Assembly (NCBI GenBank): GCA_012295275.1
Contig: CM022675.1
Span: 3,100,001-3,164,000, forward strand
Direction of reading: 5' to 3'
From: Chrysomallon squamiferum
Taxonomy: Eukaryota > Animalia > Mollusca
DNA length: 64,000 nt
In this document: piece by piece, positions 28,246 to 41,800 of the stretch
Numbering within the stretch: position 1 is the first letter of the stretch
Layout: the number at the start of each line of letters is the position of its first letter
Notes under the pieces: generated by a model
The model's input: only the letters and a program-made list of their open reading frames with translations
Databases searched by the model: none
What the model was told of the DNA's origin: nothing
Program-made: the position numbers and the translations under genes

Positions 28246-28793
28246 TAATAAACATCATCATCATCATTCATCATCATCATCATTATTGTTATTTCTTAAA
28301 AATAATTATTAAAAATTTATATTTTGTTTTCTTAATAATTATTTCATATACACAAAAACCTAATGCAACAACAAGCAAGCAAACAAACAAATAATAATAA
28401 TAATAATAATAGTAATAATAAAATGATGATGATAATAACCATAACAAAAACAACAGCTATAATAACAACAATAATAATAATATTAAATACCACTATTACT
28501 ACTACTACTGCTACTAACAATAATAACAATAACGATAATAATAACAGTATTATTTTTTTTCTTATTGCAGGAAAAATGTTTTTTGTTTTCAACAAAAGTC
28601 AGCAGACATCATTCACAACAACGGCAACAACTCAGAGACTACGACAACAGCAACAGAAACTGAGAACAGTGCAATCAGTGACTCAAATTATGAGCGACTC
28701 AACACAACTCAAAGTTCTCAAAATGAGTACATGAACGTGCCACGTGAAACAGAACATGTTTACTGTGTAATGCGCTCAAACACTGAAGACTAA
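18358..28793 (+). CDS. Gene C: double-module receptor, SP-(CTLD[WSC]-CTLD-stalk)x2-TM-short 3-Tyr tail, ~775 aa
   Basis: Exons 18358..18436, 18747..18914, 19477..19631, 20064..20196, 20526..20642, 20811..20999, 21242..21373, 22033..22089, 22428..22478, 23010..23177, 24406..24560, 25767..25899, 26224..26340, 26512..26700, 26946..27077, 27787..27837, 28031..28109 (TM GVAVAVSVTAVVVLVVCLVVTVVYMKR) and 28571..28793. Total 2328 nt, open. The module-1 to module-2 splice is inferred from phase only. Confidence 0.8.
18615..18694. repeat. (AG)n microsatellite in intron 1 of gene C
   Basis: Pure AG run. Confidence 0.95.
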
Positions 28794-29667
28794 AACAAAC
28801 AAACTTTGACTGAGTAAAACACTTGATCTGCTAGTTAAAATAAAACTTTTACACATGTACTGCATAGTCTGCACAGACATTTTAGTTTTAATTTTCTTTT
28901 TAATATCATATTCAGCAATATACTCAAACACAGATTAATCAAATTAATTTAATGTTTATTGCATAAAGCATTGCTGTGAAATTGTTTAATTCTTTTAAAT
29001 ACAAACTTGCTAACAATCCACTGTTTATGCTGCATTTAATTACAAAATAAGAAAATGGCGGAACCCAAATATTTCATTTCATTCTTATTTTACTATTTTA
29101 ATTTATCTGTTGTGTTTTAAGATGGTTGTTGTTTGTGAGTAAATTTATATAAAATGTATTTTCAATCTGTGTCTGATCTCTTTTACTGTTTTATTTACAA
29201 TTTTATTTCATACAGATATATTTTAGTGGTTTTAAAAAGTCAGTCTTATTTTATGAAATGATATGATGTGTTACACAGAACAGAAAACTAATAATAAGTG
29301 TCTGTAATTTTGTTTGTCCGTATGCATTTAAGGTAATAAAAAAATAATAATAAATAAATATTTCAAAACTCCTACAGGAAGCAAATGACTATTAGAACAC
29401 GCACATTGTTTTACCGAAGGTTCAGTCTTTAAATTACATCCACATTTTTATTTATTTTAATTTAAAACAAAAAACTAACAGTGGAGGCTCAGTCTTTGTA
29501 GTAATTTAAAATATAAAAATATAAAAAGTAAGGTTGGAGGCTCAGTTTGCATAGTATCGTAATCGTATTTAATTGGACGCTTAGCGTTGTAAATTTACTA
29601 GTGTAAATTTATTCTAAAAAAAAACACACAATAAAAACAAAGTAAAAATTAATGAATTCGGATAATA

Positions 29668-31130
29668 TACTCTCCCAAAAAAGAAACGGAATATGGTTGA
29701 TTTGTTAGATAACTATTGTAAACTGACACATATCGTTGTACAAACTATGAATATAATGACATTTGGTGGTTCAAACGTATAGCTTTTGTCAAAAAGCAGG
29801 TAACACAAAATAAAGGCTATGATTGTGTTTATTAGCCAAAACGTCCCCGCATGCAAACCACGTTACCAGTGCATGTGCACGTGCGGCACAAGAAACTTGA
29901 ATATGAGGGTTATAAAAATGCAAAGTTTTCGAAAACTTCTGTTCGTTATTTTTGTTCTGACCCAACAACAAACAAATGCCACGACTGAGTGAACCGCAAC
30001 AAAACAACGCCATCGGCCGTTTACAAGCTGGCGAGTCCTTCTCGGCCATAGCCCGGGTGTTCCATACATCCCCAAGCACCATCTTGAGATTGTGTATCGG
30101 TTCCAGCAACACCAAACAACACGTGACCGTCCTAGATCAGAAAGACCAAGTGTAACCACCAGGGCCCAGGACCGCTACATACGGGTACTTCATCTACGGG
30201 AAAGAACCACCACGGCTACCTCTACTGTTTCAGCAATCCGAGGTCTGTGTAGAATATCGGCTCAGACAGCGCGCAATTGTTTACGCGAGGCAGGTATTCA
30301 AGCCAGACGGCCTGTAAGAAGAGTGGTTTTGACTCAACAACATCGTCGACTACGACGTCAGTGGTGTCAACTGCACAGAGTCTGGCCTCAGTTACGATGG
30401 AGAATTGTCTGGTTTAGTGATGAGGCTCGATTTCTGGAAAGATGTCGAGTTTACAGACGTCGTGGTGAACGTTTTGCTGCAAACTGCATACAGGAAGCAG
30501 ACAGATTTGGTGGTGGTAGTGTGATGGTGTGGGCAGCAATCTCATACACTGGCAGGACCAACCTGGTTCACATCGAAGGCAACTTAGATACTGAGATGAA
30601 ATTTTGCAGCCACATGTCGCTCCAATTATGAATAATGGTAACGCTGTATTCCAGCACGACAATGTGAGACCACATACAGCCAGACTCACAACAGCGGACC
30701 TACACAACAATAACATTCAGGTCCTGCCCTCGCCCTCTAAATCTCCGGGTTTGAACCCTATAGAGCATTTATGGGATGAGTTGGATAGACGACTGAGGCA
30801 GCATCAACTACAGCCACAAAATCATGCTCAGTTGGTATTATTACTACAGACAGAGTGGGCCACCATTTCACAAGGTGTAATTCGTAATGTCATTACTGCT
30901 ATGTGAAGGAGATGTCAGGCAGTTCTGGACTCCCATAGTGGGCACACAAGGTATTGATATTATACTTTTATAACCTTGAACTTTAACCTTTTCAATGTAA
31001 TACCATCAATATTAATGAACTGCGAAAGTGTGTGTAAAATGTGAACATTCTGCTGCTTTCTGTTGATCCATTAGATAGATATTCCCAATGTCAATACAAT
31101 TTACTTTTGCGTTTCTTTTTTGGGAGAGTA
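29668..31130 (+). mobile_element. Full-length Tc1/mariner element (DD34E), ~1.46 kb
   Basis: Perfect 21-bp TIRs TACTCTCCCAAAAAAGAAACG at 29668 and inverse ending at 31130, each flanked by TA. Confidence 0.95.
29976..30957 (+). pseudogene. Tc1 transposase, disrupted
   Basis: MPRLSEPQQNNAIGRLQAG.., WFSDEARF, FGGGSVMVWAAI, FQHDN-x-SPGLNPIEHLW (34 residues between D and E), ..GHTRY*. Frameshifts near 30090 and 30590 and an internal TGA at 30904. Confidence 0.9.
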
Positions 31131-31154
31131 TAGTAATTAATAATAATAATAATA

Positions 31155-31229
<75 letters not shown>

Positions 31230-34200
31230 TGCTTCTTTCTATTTCCTTCTATTGTATCAAAATATTTCCTTATAATTATAAAATTTTAAATATATATTAT
31301 ATATATTCTGCTTGGAAGGGCAGCTAACTCTTCCTATGTTTATTGTTTATTTTTATGTTTCTTTGAAAGTTTTGTGTACAAATTTACTCAGGGAATTGTT
31401 AATATTGTTTTTGTCTGTTTTTGAATTCGTGTTATTATGAATTCGTGTTAGTATTTCATTGCTATATTAATGTAACCACTTTTTTGTAACCAAATATTTT
31501 TAATGTCTCCATATATTGCATACATTTAGTATGAAACAGATTTCTGTTATTTTATTATTTAAAATAAAATAAATATACCATGGTAAGCAATTTTAATAAA
31601 ATTAATATTTAAAGAATTATTAAAAAAGTATGATAAAAGAAATGATAAAAGAAAACTAAAGATTAATTGAAAAAAATATTTTATTCGTAATATAAAAATA
31701 TATAATTATTTTATTAATGTAACTATTTTAAAAAGGGCTAGAATCAGCTTGGTCTAAAATACAGAATTCTTTTTTTTTTTTTTTTTTTTTTTTTGTGAGA
31801 TGATTGGTACTGAAGTTTTCAAAGTGTACAAAATTAAACTAGTACTCACAAAATTGTCAACGGATTGATTTAAAAGTGATTGCCAAGTTAGAAACTTTAC
31901 ACAGTTCTGACAGTGATGTATTTTATCAGAATCTATCATTATATAATTTGTTCTATTGTTTTTATTTTCAAAAGATAATGTTTGGTATCAGACTGCTGTG
32001 ATTCTTTATCTTTCATTAATTTTATTAACTTTCTATTTAATAATATTGTGACTCTGTTATAAAATGTATGTAAATTCATAATAGAAATTATATACAAAGC
32101 AGCCAGAGACATATTGGCTATGTTTTATATTTTCAAATCATTTTGTTAATTTGGCTGATGTTTATATGAGAATTGTGAGGGTAAATTTGATATAAGCAAC
32201 AATGATTTTATATACACCAGGTCTACCTATATGCAGGATAAATAGCCAGTAGCCTGTCCTGTCTATGAGAGGGTACACATCTTGTTAATAACAAAAAGAG
32301 TAGTCCATGTTCTGATAACATCAGTTTTCCTCTTCTTTTTCCTATGATCCTTCACCACTTGTATGTCACCATGTAATCATATATTACAAATTATACAACA
32401 TTTGTTCTTCGTTTGAAATCAAGAAATGACAAAAGAACACAGAATTATTAACATAATCAGCCTCTCACAGAATCAAGGTGGTTATAATCATCACTGGTGT
32501 AGTCAGCATTTCTCAGATCCATGTCAGCGATGTTGTAGTCGTCTTCAGTCACAGCAGCGAGGTGGTTGTACGTCTCATCATAAGAAGATGTTTTTGGTGT
32601 TGTTGTATCGTAATCACCTTCCATGACGTCTCTGATGTGGTTGTATGTTTTGTCATGAGTAGACACGGACTTTGGTTTTGAGTCAGCTGTATCATAATCG
32701 CCTTCAACATTGCTGTCAGTGTGGTTGTAGTTCCTATTCTTATTGTTTATATGACTATCATTCAGGACATTGTAGTCGTCACCATCAGTGTTGTTGTAGC
32801 TGTTTTTGGTTTGAGCAGCTGCAGCATTCACATCAGTTGCCAGTTCGTAGTCACTGGTGTTTGGCTTGGTTGCCATGGTAACATTTGTTAAAGTTTCAAA
32901 CTCGTAATGTGAATCAGTTCCTGGTTTGATGTCATCGTAATGTGACAAGTTTTGCTGATTCACAGATCTGATTCACGAGTATTACTACTTTCTCGTTTAG
33001 TCTTGAAACAAGATTTATGTGATCTGAAGAGAACATTTTAAAACAAGTTAAGAAACGAAGATTAATAGTAAACAAACAAAAATGGAACAATAAATAAACA
33101 AAAATAATAAGCATTATAAACGAATAAACAAACAAGCAAATAAACAAACAAACAAACAAATGAACAGACAAATAAACAAATATAAGAAACAAACTAAACA
33201 AATAAATTAATTAATCAAATAATTAACAAACACAAAACAAACAAAATGTACTTCATGTAGAAATATTCGGAGTTCAATGGAAAAAAAGAGAAAAGAATTT
33301 TAGTAATGTTGAAAAGTACAACATAGAACTGTTTTTGTTTACCTTTTCATCCAAACTGTCACAACAACAACTCCAGCTATGAGTAGAATTAGAGTAACAG
33401 AAACACCCACAGCAACACCTACATAAATAAACAAATTTGTTGACGGAATTTCAATAACTATACATAATCTATTGACAATTTAGTTATCAACAATATAATT
33501 ATTTTAAATTTATTTTTGTTTAGATTAGAGTTACAGATTTTTTATTTACATGACTTGTCTTTTTTTTCTTGTTCTTTTCTTGTTTCTTAACTTTTTTACA
33601 AAGATAAATAAAAAGTATTTTTTCATATTTTTATGCAAATAAATTCATTAAGGTAAATAAATATCAATAACTAAATACAGCAGTTAGTAAATATTGTTAC
33701 CTGTTTGATCTCGTTCATCTTCATTATCAATCTGAGACTTTGTAACACCAGCACCTGCAACAATAACAACATTAGCAACAACAACAACAACAGTAATGGC
33801 AACAATAATAACTATAATAACAACATTAACAACAACAACAAAACAACAAAAGTAATATAATTTCCTTTATTGCTATGACTATAACAACAATAAAAGCTGA
33901 AACTACTATTACTACTATTACTGCTGCTGCTGCTGCTGCTGCTACTACTGCTACTACTACTATCATTGCAATTGCAAAAAATACAACCACCATTAATAAT
34001 ACATAAACTATAACAGTAACAGACCTACAAATTCTGTAATTAGAATTATGTGTGATCGCCAAATGTGTGTATGTGTGTGTGTGTACGCGCATTGTTCAAG
34101 ACATAAAATACCGTTTTCATTTAATTTTCTGTTTAATGTTCTTTTGATTTCAAAAGTTAGTGAAATTTCACTAACAATGGTTTAATCAGAAATATCAGTT

Positions 34201-35390
34201 TTAAATGTAAAGAAAGTATTAAGTATTTATGAAGACAAAAAATTATTTTACTTGGTACGTAAGTGAATGGAGTTGTCTCCCTTTCAGACTTTTCTAACGC
34301 AGTTGACTTGTGATCTGTTCTGTCGTCTCTTGAAGTTGTTATATCAGAGGAACTTGGAACTAACAAATTTCAATGACATAAAGTTGTATGTTTTAACAGG
34401 GTATTAAGAAATATGACGTACATCTTCTGAACAGATCTTGATCTGAATATAATGAAAACCAGATTTGTTAGTTCATATGTTATCTGGTAATGTAAGAAAA
34501 ATCTTTTGAGGTGGAAACATTTTGGTCATCATTCGAAAATACCATTTTATAATCAAAATATTTAATTATTTCAGTACAGAATGAACACAAAATTCCATAA
34601 TAGTTTACAGTGAAGTATTACTTTAAAATCGGAAAAAAATTAATTAAATATAAAACAAACAAACAAACAAAAGCTTGGGTAGTTTTCATTTCAAGTGAGA
34701 TTCCCAACAACTAAGAAGAAAATATTGTCTATATTTTTTGTATATCTCTATATTCATCCATCCATCTATCTATTTTTATAAATGTCTTAATATAGAAATA
34801 TCCAAAGATTAAAAATACTATTACCTGGATTAGTTTTATATATGTTACTGCTTGGAAGGTTAGATGTTCCAAAATTGGAATCTATAATATACAAAATATG
34901 CATTTGTATTTATGTCCATAAATGGTCAGATAAGAAAGAATGTATAAATTAAAAAAATAATAATAATATTAAAAAAATTAAAAATAAAAATCCCTTAATA
35001 GAAGCCTTTTTGCAAATTTCCAGTTTTTTTTAAAACATGTATATTTAATATTTATATTTTGTTTCAAGGAATAAAATAATATTAAAAAAGATATTGTTTT
35101 TCATCTAACAAAACATGTTACGTTATTAAATTAACATAAATTATGCAAGTTCCTGGAAACTGATTAACCAAAACGTTAAGTTGCCGTTATCGACATGACA
35201 TACTTCACTGACATGGACGTTGCCAACATAGTTGTCATCACCGACATCACTGTCATAATTAAAGTTGCAACCAGTGTCATATTCATTGCTGTTTAAGTCT
35301 CGTGTTTTTAGAACACAAAACACATTCTCTTCTATTCATACATACAAACATACAAACATACATATAAAAGCGAATGTGTTGTGTGGTCAC

Positions 35391-35425
<35 letters not shown>

Positions 35426-35801
35426 TGTGTGTGTATGTGTGTGTGTTTGTGTGTGTGATACAGTCAATGTGTCAAACCAGTCATTTGGCCAAATGACTGA
35501 AAATGAGTGCCCTCAGTTTGACAGATTGCCTGATAGAGAGTTTTGAATTCAGTCAATATCTCAAGTATTGCAAAAAAGCTTCTTTTTTTCATGTTTTTTT
35601 GTTTGTTTTGTACGAATCACCCTGTGTCCTTTGTGAAAAGTTCTTACAACTGTTTATTTTACATCTTTGAACTTTGTGGTCTTTGTTTTGTACTAATCAG
35701 CCTGTGTCCTTAAAGCAACACTAAGATTACACTTCTTTGAAAATCCAAATCCCTTGGCCTATAAATATTTGGGCCATTATGGTTCAAGTATCAGTTGTCA
35801 G

Positions 35802-38800
35802 TATGGAGCTTTCAGTAGAAGATACGTTCAAAAATGAGTTATATAAGAAATATGAATCTTGAAAAAGGTACCAAAACCAGAGTACTTTTTGTTCATAAAT
35901 GAACTGAAGCATTTAAATGAACAATCATCAGCTAAGTCACACTAAGGTTATTATCTTCTGCCCAAGTATGAGAATCTTCAGTGTGGTGATGTTGAGAAGT
36001 GGATAAGACTTCGCAAATCCAACGATGACCCGAGACATTGGCCACGGTGGTTGCAATCAAATGGTAAAGGAGTTAGGCAACAAGTATGCCAGTGTTACCA
36101 GGGATTCTACTGAACTGTTTAAGTCAATGTGCACTGACTGTCAGTGTAAACCGATGACAAAGGGTGTGGTTGTCTGACCAATCTTGTCTAAAGAGTTCTC
36201 TGCTCGTGGCCAAGTAGATCTCATTGATATGCAATCATTACCGCATGGTTCTGTCAAGTGGATTAAGGTGTATCAGGATCATCTTACAAAGTTTGTTGTT
36301 ATCCGCCCACTGACATCAAAGCGAGCTGCTGAAGTTGCAAACCAACTCATGGACATATTTCTGCTATTCAGTGCACCACATATATTACAACTGTTCTGAA
36401 TTTACAGCTCAAATCATTTCTGATTTGAAGGAGTTGTGGCCAGAGCTAGTTATAGTCCTTGGTAAACCACGCCACACACAGAGTTAAGGTTCTGTAGAAT
36501 GTGCAAATTATGACATTAAAGACATGCTTGTTGCAAGGATGAGTGAGAATGATAGCGCTGACTGGACTGTTGGTGTTAAATTTGTTCAATTTCGCAAGAA
36601 GTCGAGTTTCAGTGCTGGAATAAAACAGTCACCTTGTACAACCTTATTTGGCATCAAAGCCAGGATTGGTTTGACTTCCTCGTCGTTACCACATGATGTT
36701 ATCCAGAAGCTACAGAAGGAAGATGACTTATTAGTCATTCTGTCCAGCAGCTCAACTCTACCAGACACAACTCAGTCTCTTGAGTCTATCAGAAACAACT
36801 CTACCTCTACCAGAAACAACTCAACCTCTACCAGAAACAACTCAACCTCTAGAGTCTACCAGAAACAACTCTACCTCTACCAGAAACAACTCAACCTCTA
36901 GAGTCTACCAGAAACAACTCAACCTCTACCAGAAACAACTCTACCTCTAGAGTCTACCAGAAACAACTCAACCTCTAGAGTCTGCCAGAAACAACTCAAC
37001 CTGTACCAGAAACAACTCAACCTCTAGAGTCTACCAGAAACAACTCTACCTCTAGAGTCTACCAGAAACAACTCAACCTCTAGAGTCTACCAGAAACAAC
37101 TCAACCTCTTGAGTCTATCAGAAACAACTCAACCTCTAGAGTCTACCAGAAACAACTCAACCTCTTGAGTCTATCAGAAACAACTCAACCTCTAGAGTCT
37201 ACCAGAAACAACTCTACCTCTAGAGTCTACCAGAAACAACTCTACCTCTACCAGAAACAACTCAACCTCTAGAGTCTACCAGAAACAACTCAACCTCTAC
37301 CAGAAACAACTCAACCTCTAGAGTCTACCAGAAACAACTCAACCTCTTGAGTCTATCAGAAACAACTCAACCTCTAGAGTCTACCAGAAACAACTCAACC
37401 TCTAGAGTCTACCAGAAACAACTCAACCTCTAGAGTCTACCAGAAACAACTCAACCTCTACCAGAAGCAACTCAACCTCTACCAGAAACAACTCTACCTC
37501 TAGAGTCTACCAGAAACAACTCAACCTCTACCAGAAACAACTCTACTTCTTGAGTCTATCAGAAACAACTCAACCTCTAGAGTCTACCAGAAACAACTCA
37601 ACCTCTTGAGTCTATCAGAAACAACTCAACCTCTAGAGTCTACCAGAAACAACTCAACCTCTTGAGTCTATCAGAAACAACTCAACCTCTACCAGAAACA
37701 ACTCAACCTCTAGAGTCTACCAGAAATAACTCTACCTCTAGAGTCTACCAGAAACAACTCAACCTCTAGAGTCTACCAGAAACAACTCAACCTCTAGAGT
37801 CTACCAGAAACAACTCAACCTCTAGAGTCTACCAGAAACAACTCAACCTCTAGAGTCTACCAGAAACAACTCAACCTCTAGAGTCTAACAGAAACAACTC
37901 AACCTCTAGAGTCTACCAGAAACAACTCAACCTCTAGAGTCTACCAGAAACAACTCTACCTCTACCAGAAGCAACTCAACCTCTACCAGAAGCAACTCAA
38001 CCTCTACCAGAAACAACTCTACCTCTAGAGTCTACCAGAAACAACTCAACCTCTAGAGTCTACCAGAAACAACTCAACCTCTACCAGAAGCAACTCAACC
38101 TCTACCAGAAACAACTCTACCTCTAGAGTCTACCAGAAACAACTCAACCTCTACCAGAAACAACTCTACTTCTTGAGTCTATCAGAAACAACTCAACCTC
38201 TAGAGTCTACCAGAAACAACTCAACCTCTTGAGTCTATCAGAAACAACTCAACCTCTAGAGTCTACCAGAAAACAACTCAACCTCTTGAGTCTATCAGAA
38301 ACAACTCAGCCTCTACCAGAAACAACTCAACCTCTAGAGTCTACCAGAAATAACTCTACCTCTAGAGTCTACCAGAAACAACTCAACCTCTAGAGTCTAC
38401 CAGAAACAACTCAACCTCTAGAGTCTACCAGAAACAACTCAACCTCTAGAGTCTACCAGAAACAACTCAACCTCTAGAGTCTACCAGAAACAACTCAACC
38501 TCTAGAGTCTAACAGAAACAACTCAACCTCTAGAGTCTACCAGAAACAACTCAACCTCTAGAGTCTACCAGAAACAACTCTACCTCTACCAGAAGCAACT
38601 CAACCTCTACCAGAAGCAACTCAACCTCTACCAGAAACAACTCTACCTCTAGAGTCTACCAGAAACAACTCAACCTCTAGAGTCTACCAGAAACAACTCA
38701 ACCTCTTGAGTCTATCAGAAACAACTCAACCTCTAGAGTCTACCAGAAACAACTCAACCTCTAGAGTCTACCAGAAACAACTCAACCTCTAGAGTCTACC

Positions 38801-41800
38801 AGAAACAACTCAACCTCTACCAGAAGCAACTCAACCTCTACCAGAAACAACTCTACCTCTAGAGTCTACCAGAAACAACTCAACCTCTACCAGAAACAAC
38901 TCTACTTCTTGAGTCTATCAGAAACAACTCAACCTCTAGAGTCTACCAGAAACAACTCAACCTCTTGAGTCTATCAGAAACAACTCAACCTCTAGAGTCT
39001 ACCAGAAACAACTCAACCTCTTGAGTCTATCAGAAACAACTCAACCTCTAGAGTCTACCAGAAACAACTCAACCTCTAGAGTCTACCAGAAACAACTCAA
39101 CCTCTAGAGTCTACCAGAAACAACTCAACCTCTTGAGTCTATCAGAAACAACTCAACCTCTAGAGTCTACCAGAAACAACTCAGCCTCTAGAGTCTACCA
39201 GAAACAACTCAACCTCTAGAGTCTACCAGAAACAACTCAACCTCTAGAGTCTACCAGAAACAACTCAACCTCTAGAGTCTACCAGAAACAACTCAACCTC
39301 TAGAGTCTAACAGAAACAACTCAACCTCTAGAGTCTACCAGAAACAACTCAACCTCTAGAGTCTACCAGAAACAACTCTACCTCTACCAGAAGCAACTCA
39401 ACCTCTACCAGAAGCAACTCAAGCCTCTACCAGAAACAACTCTGCCTCTAGAGTCTACCAGAAACAACTCAACCTCTAGAGTCTACCAGAAACAACTCAA
39501 CCTCTTGAGTCTATCAGAAACAACTCAACCTCTAGAGTCTACCAGAAACAACTCAACCTCTAGAGTCTACCAGAAACAACTCAACCTCTAGAGTCTACCA
39601 GAAACAACTCAACCTCTACCAGAAGCAACTCAACCTCTACCAGAAACAACTCTACCTCTAGAGTCTACCAGAAACAACTCAACCTCTACCAGAAACAACT
39701 CTACCTCTTGAGTCTATCAGAAACAACTCAACCTCTAGAGTCTACCAGAAACAACTCAACCTCTAGAGTCTACCAGAAACAACTCAACCTCTACCAGAAA
39801 CAACTCAACCTCTAGAGTCTACCAGAAATAACTCTGCCTCTAGAGTCTACCAGAAACAACTCAACCTCTAGAGTCTATCAGAAACAACTCAGCCTCTACC
39901 AGAAACAACTCAACCTCTAGAGTCTACCAGAAACAACTCAACCTCTTGAGTCTATCAGAAACAACTCAACCTCTAGAGTCTACCAGAAACAACTCTACCT
40001 CTTGAGTCTATCAGAAACAACTCAACCTCTAGAGTCTACCAGAAACAACTCAACCTCTAGAGTCTACCAGAAACAACTCAACCTCTACCAGAAACAACTC
40101 AACCTCTAGAGTCTACCAGAAATAACTCTACCTCTAGAGTCTACCAGAAACAACTCAACCTCTAGAGTCTATCAGAAACAACTCAACCTCTACCAGAAAC
40201 AACTCAACCTCTAGAGTCTACCAGAAACAACTCAACCTCTTGAGTCTATCAGAAACAACTCAACCTCTAGAGTCTACCAGAAACAACTCAACCTCTTGAG
40301 TCTATCAGAAACAACTCAACCTCTAGAGTCTACCAGAAACAACTCTACCTCTAGAGTCTACCAGAAACAACTCAACCTCTACCAGAAACAACTCTACCTC
40401 TACCAGAAACAACTCAACCTCTAGAGTCTACCAGAAACAACTCAACCTCTACCAGAAGCAACTCAACCTCTACCAGAAACAACTCTACCTCTAGAGTCTA
40501 CCAGAAACAACTCAACCTCTACCAGAAACAACTCTACCTCTTGAGTCTATCAGAAACAACTCAACCTCTAGAGTCTACCAGAAACAACTCAACCTCTTGA
40601 GTCTATCAGAAACAACTCAACCTCTAGAGTCTACCAGAAACAACTCAACCTCTTGAGTCTATCAGAAACAACTCAACCTCTAGAGTCTACCAGAAACAAC
40701 TCTACCTCTAGAGTCTACCAGAAACAACTCAACCTCTAGAGTCTACCAGAAACAACTCTACCTCTAGAGTCTACCAGAAACAACTCAACCTCTACCAGAA
40801 ACAACTCTACCTCTTGAGTCTATCAGAAACAACTCAACCTCTAGAGTCTACCAGAAACAACTCAACCTCTAGAGTCTACCAGAAACAACTCTACCTCTAG
40901 AGTCTACCAGAAACAACTCAACCTCTAGAGTCTACCAGAAACAACTCAACCTCTTGAGTCTATCAGAAACAACTCAACCTCTAGAGTCTACCAGAAACAA
41001 CTCAACCTCTTGAGTCTATCAGAAACAACTCAGCCTCTAGAGTCTACCAGAAACAACTCTACCTCTAGAGTCTACCAGAAACAACTCAACCTCTAGAGTC
41101 TACCAGAAACAACTCTACCTCTAGAGTCTACCAGAAACAACTCAACCTCTAGAGTCTACCAGAAACAACTCAACCTCTTGAGTCTATCAGAAACAACTCA
41201 ACCTCTAGAGTCTACCAGAAACAACTCAACCTCTTGAGTCTATCAGAAACAACTCAACCTCTAGAGTCTACCAGAAACAACTCTACCTCTAGAGTCTACC
41301 AGAAACAACTCAACCTCTAGAGTCTACCAGAAACAACTCTACCTCTACCAGAAACAACTCAACCTCTAGAGTCTACCAGAAACAACTCAACCTCTACCAG
41401 AAACAACTCTACCTCTTGAGTCTATCAGAAACAACTCAACCTCTAGAGTCTACCAGAAACAACTCAACCTCTAGAGTCTACCAGAAACAACTCTACCTCT
41501 AGAGTCTACCAGAAACAACTCAACCTCTAGAGTCTACCAGAAACAACTCAACCTCTTGAGTCTATCAGAAACAACTCAACCTCTAGAGTCTACCAGAAAC
41601 AACTCAACCTCTTGAGTCTATCAGAAACAACTCAACCTCTAGAGTCTACCAGAAACAACTCTACCTCTAGAGTCTACCAGAAACAACTCAACCTCTAGAG
41701 TCTACCAGAAACAACTCTACCTCTACCAGAAACAACTCAACCTCTAGAGTCTACCAGAAACAACTCAACCTCTACCAGAAACAACTCTACCTCTAGAGTC

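Noticed and set aside
36840-36870. CTCTAGAG palindrome in the 28-mer as a hAT target or excision footprint
   Set aside because: It matches the Charlie target consensus, but an 8-bp match with no adjoining hAT sequence is not evidence.
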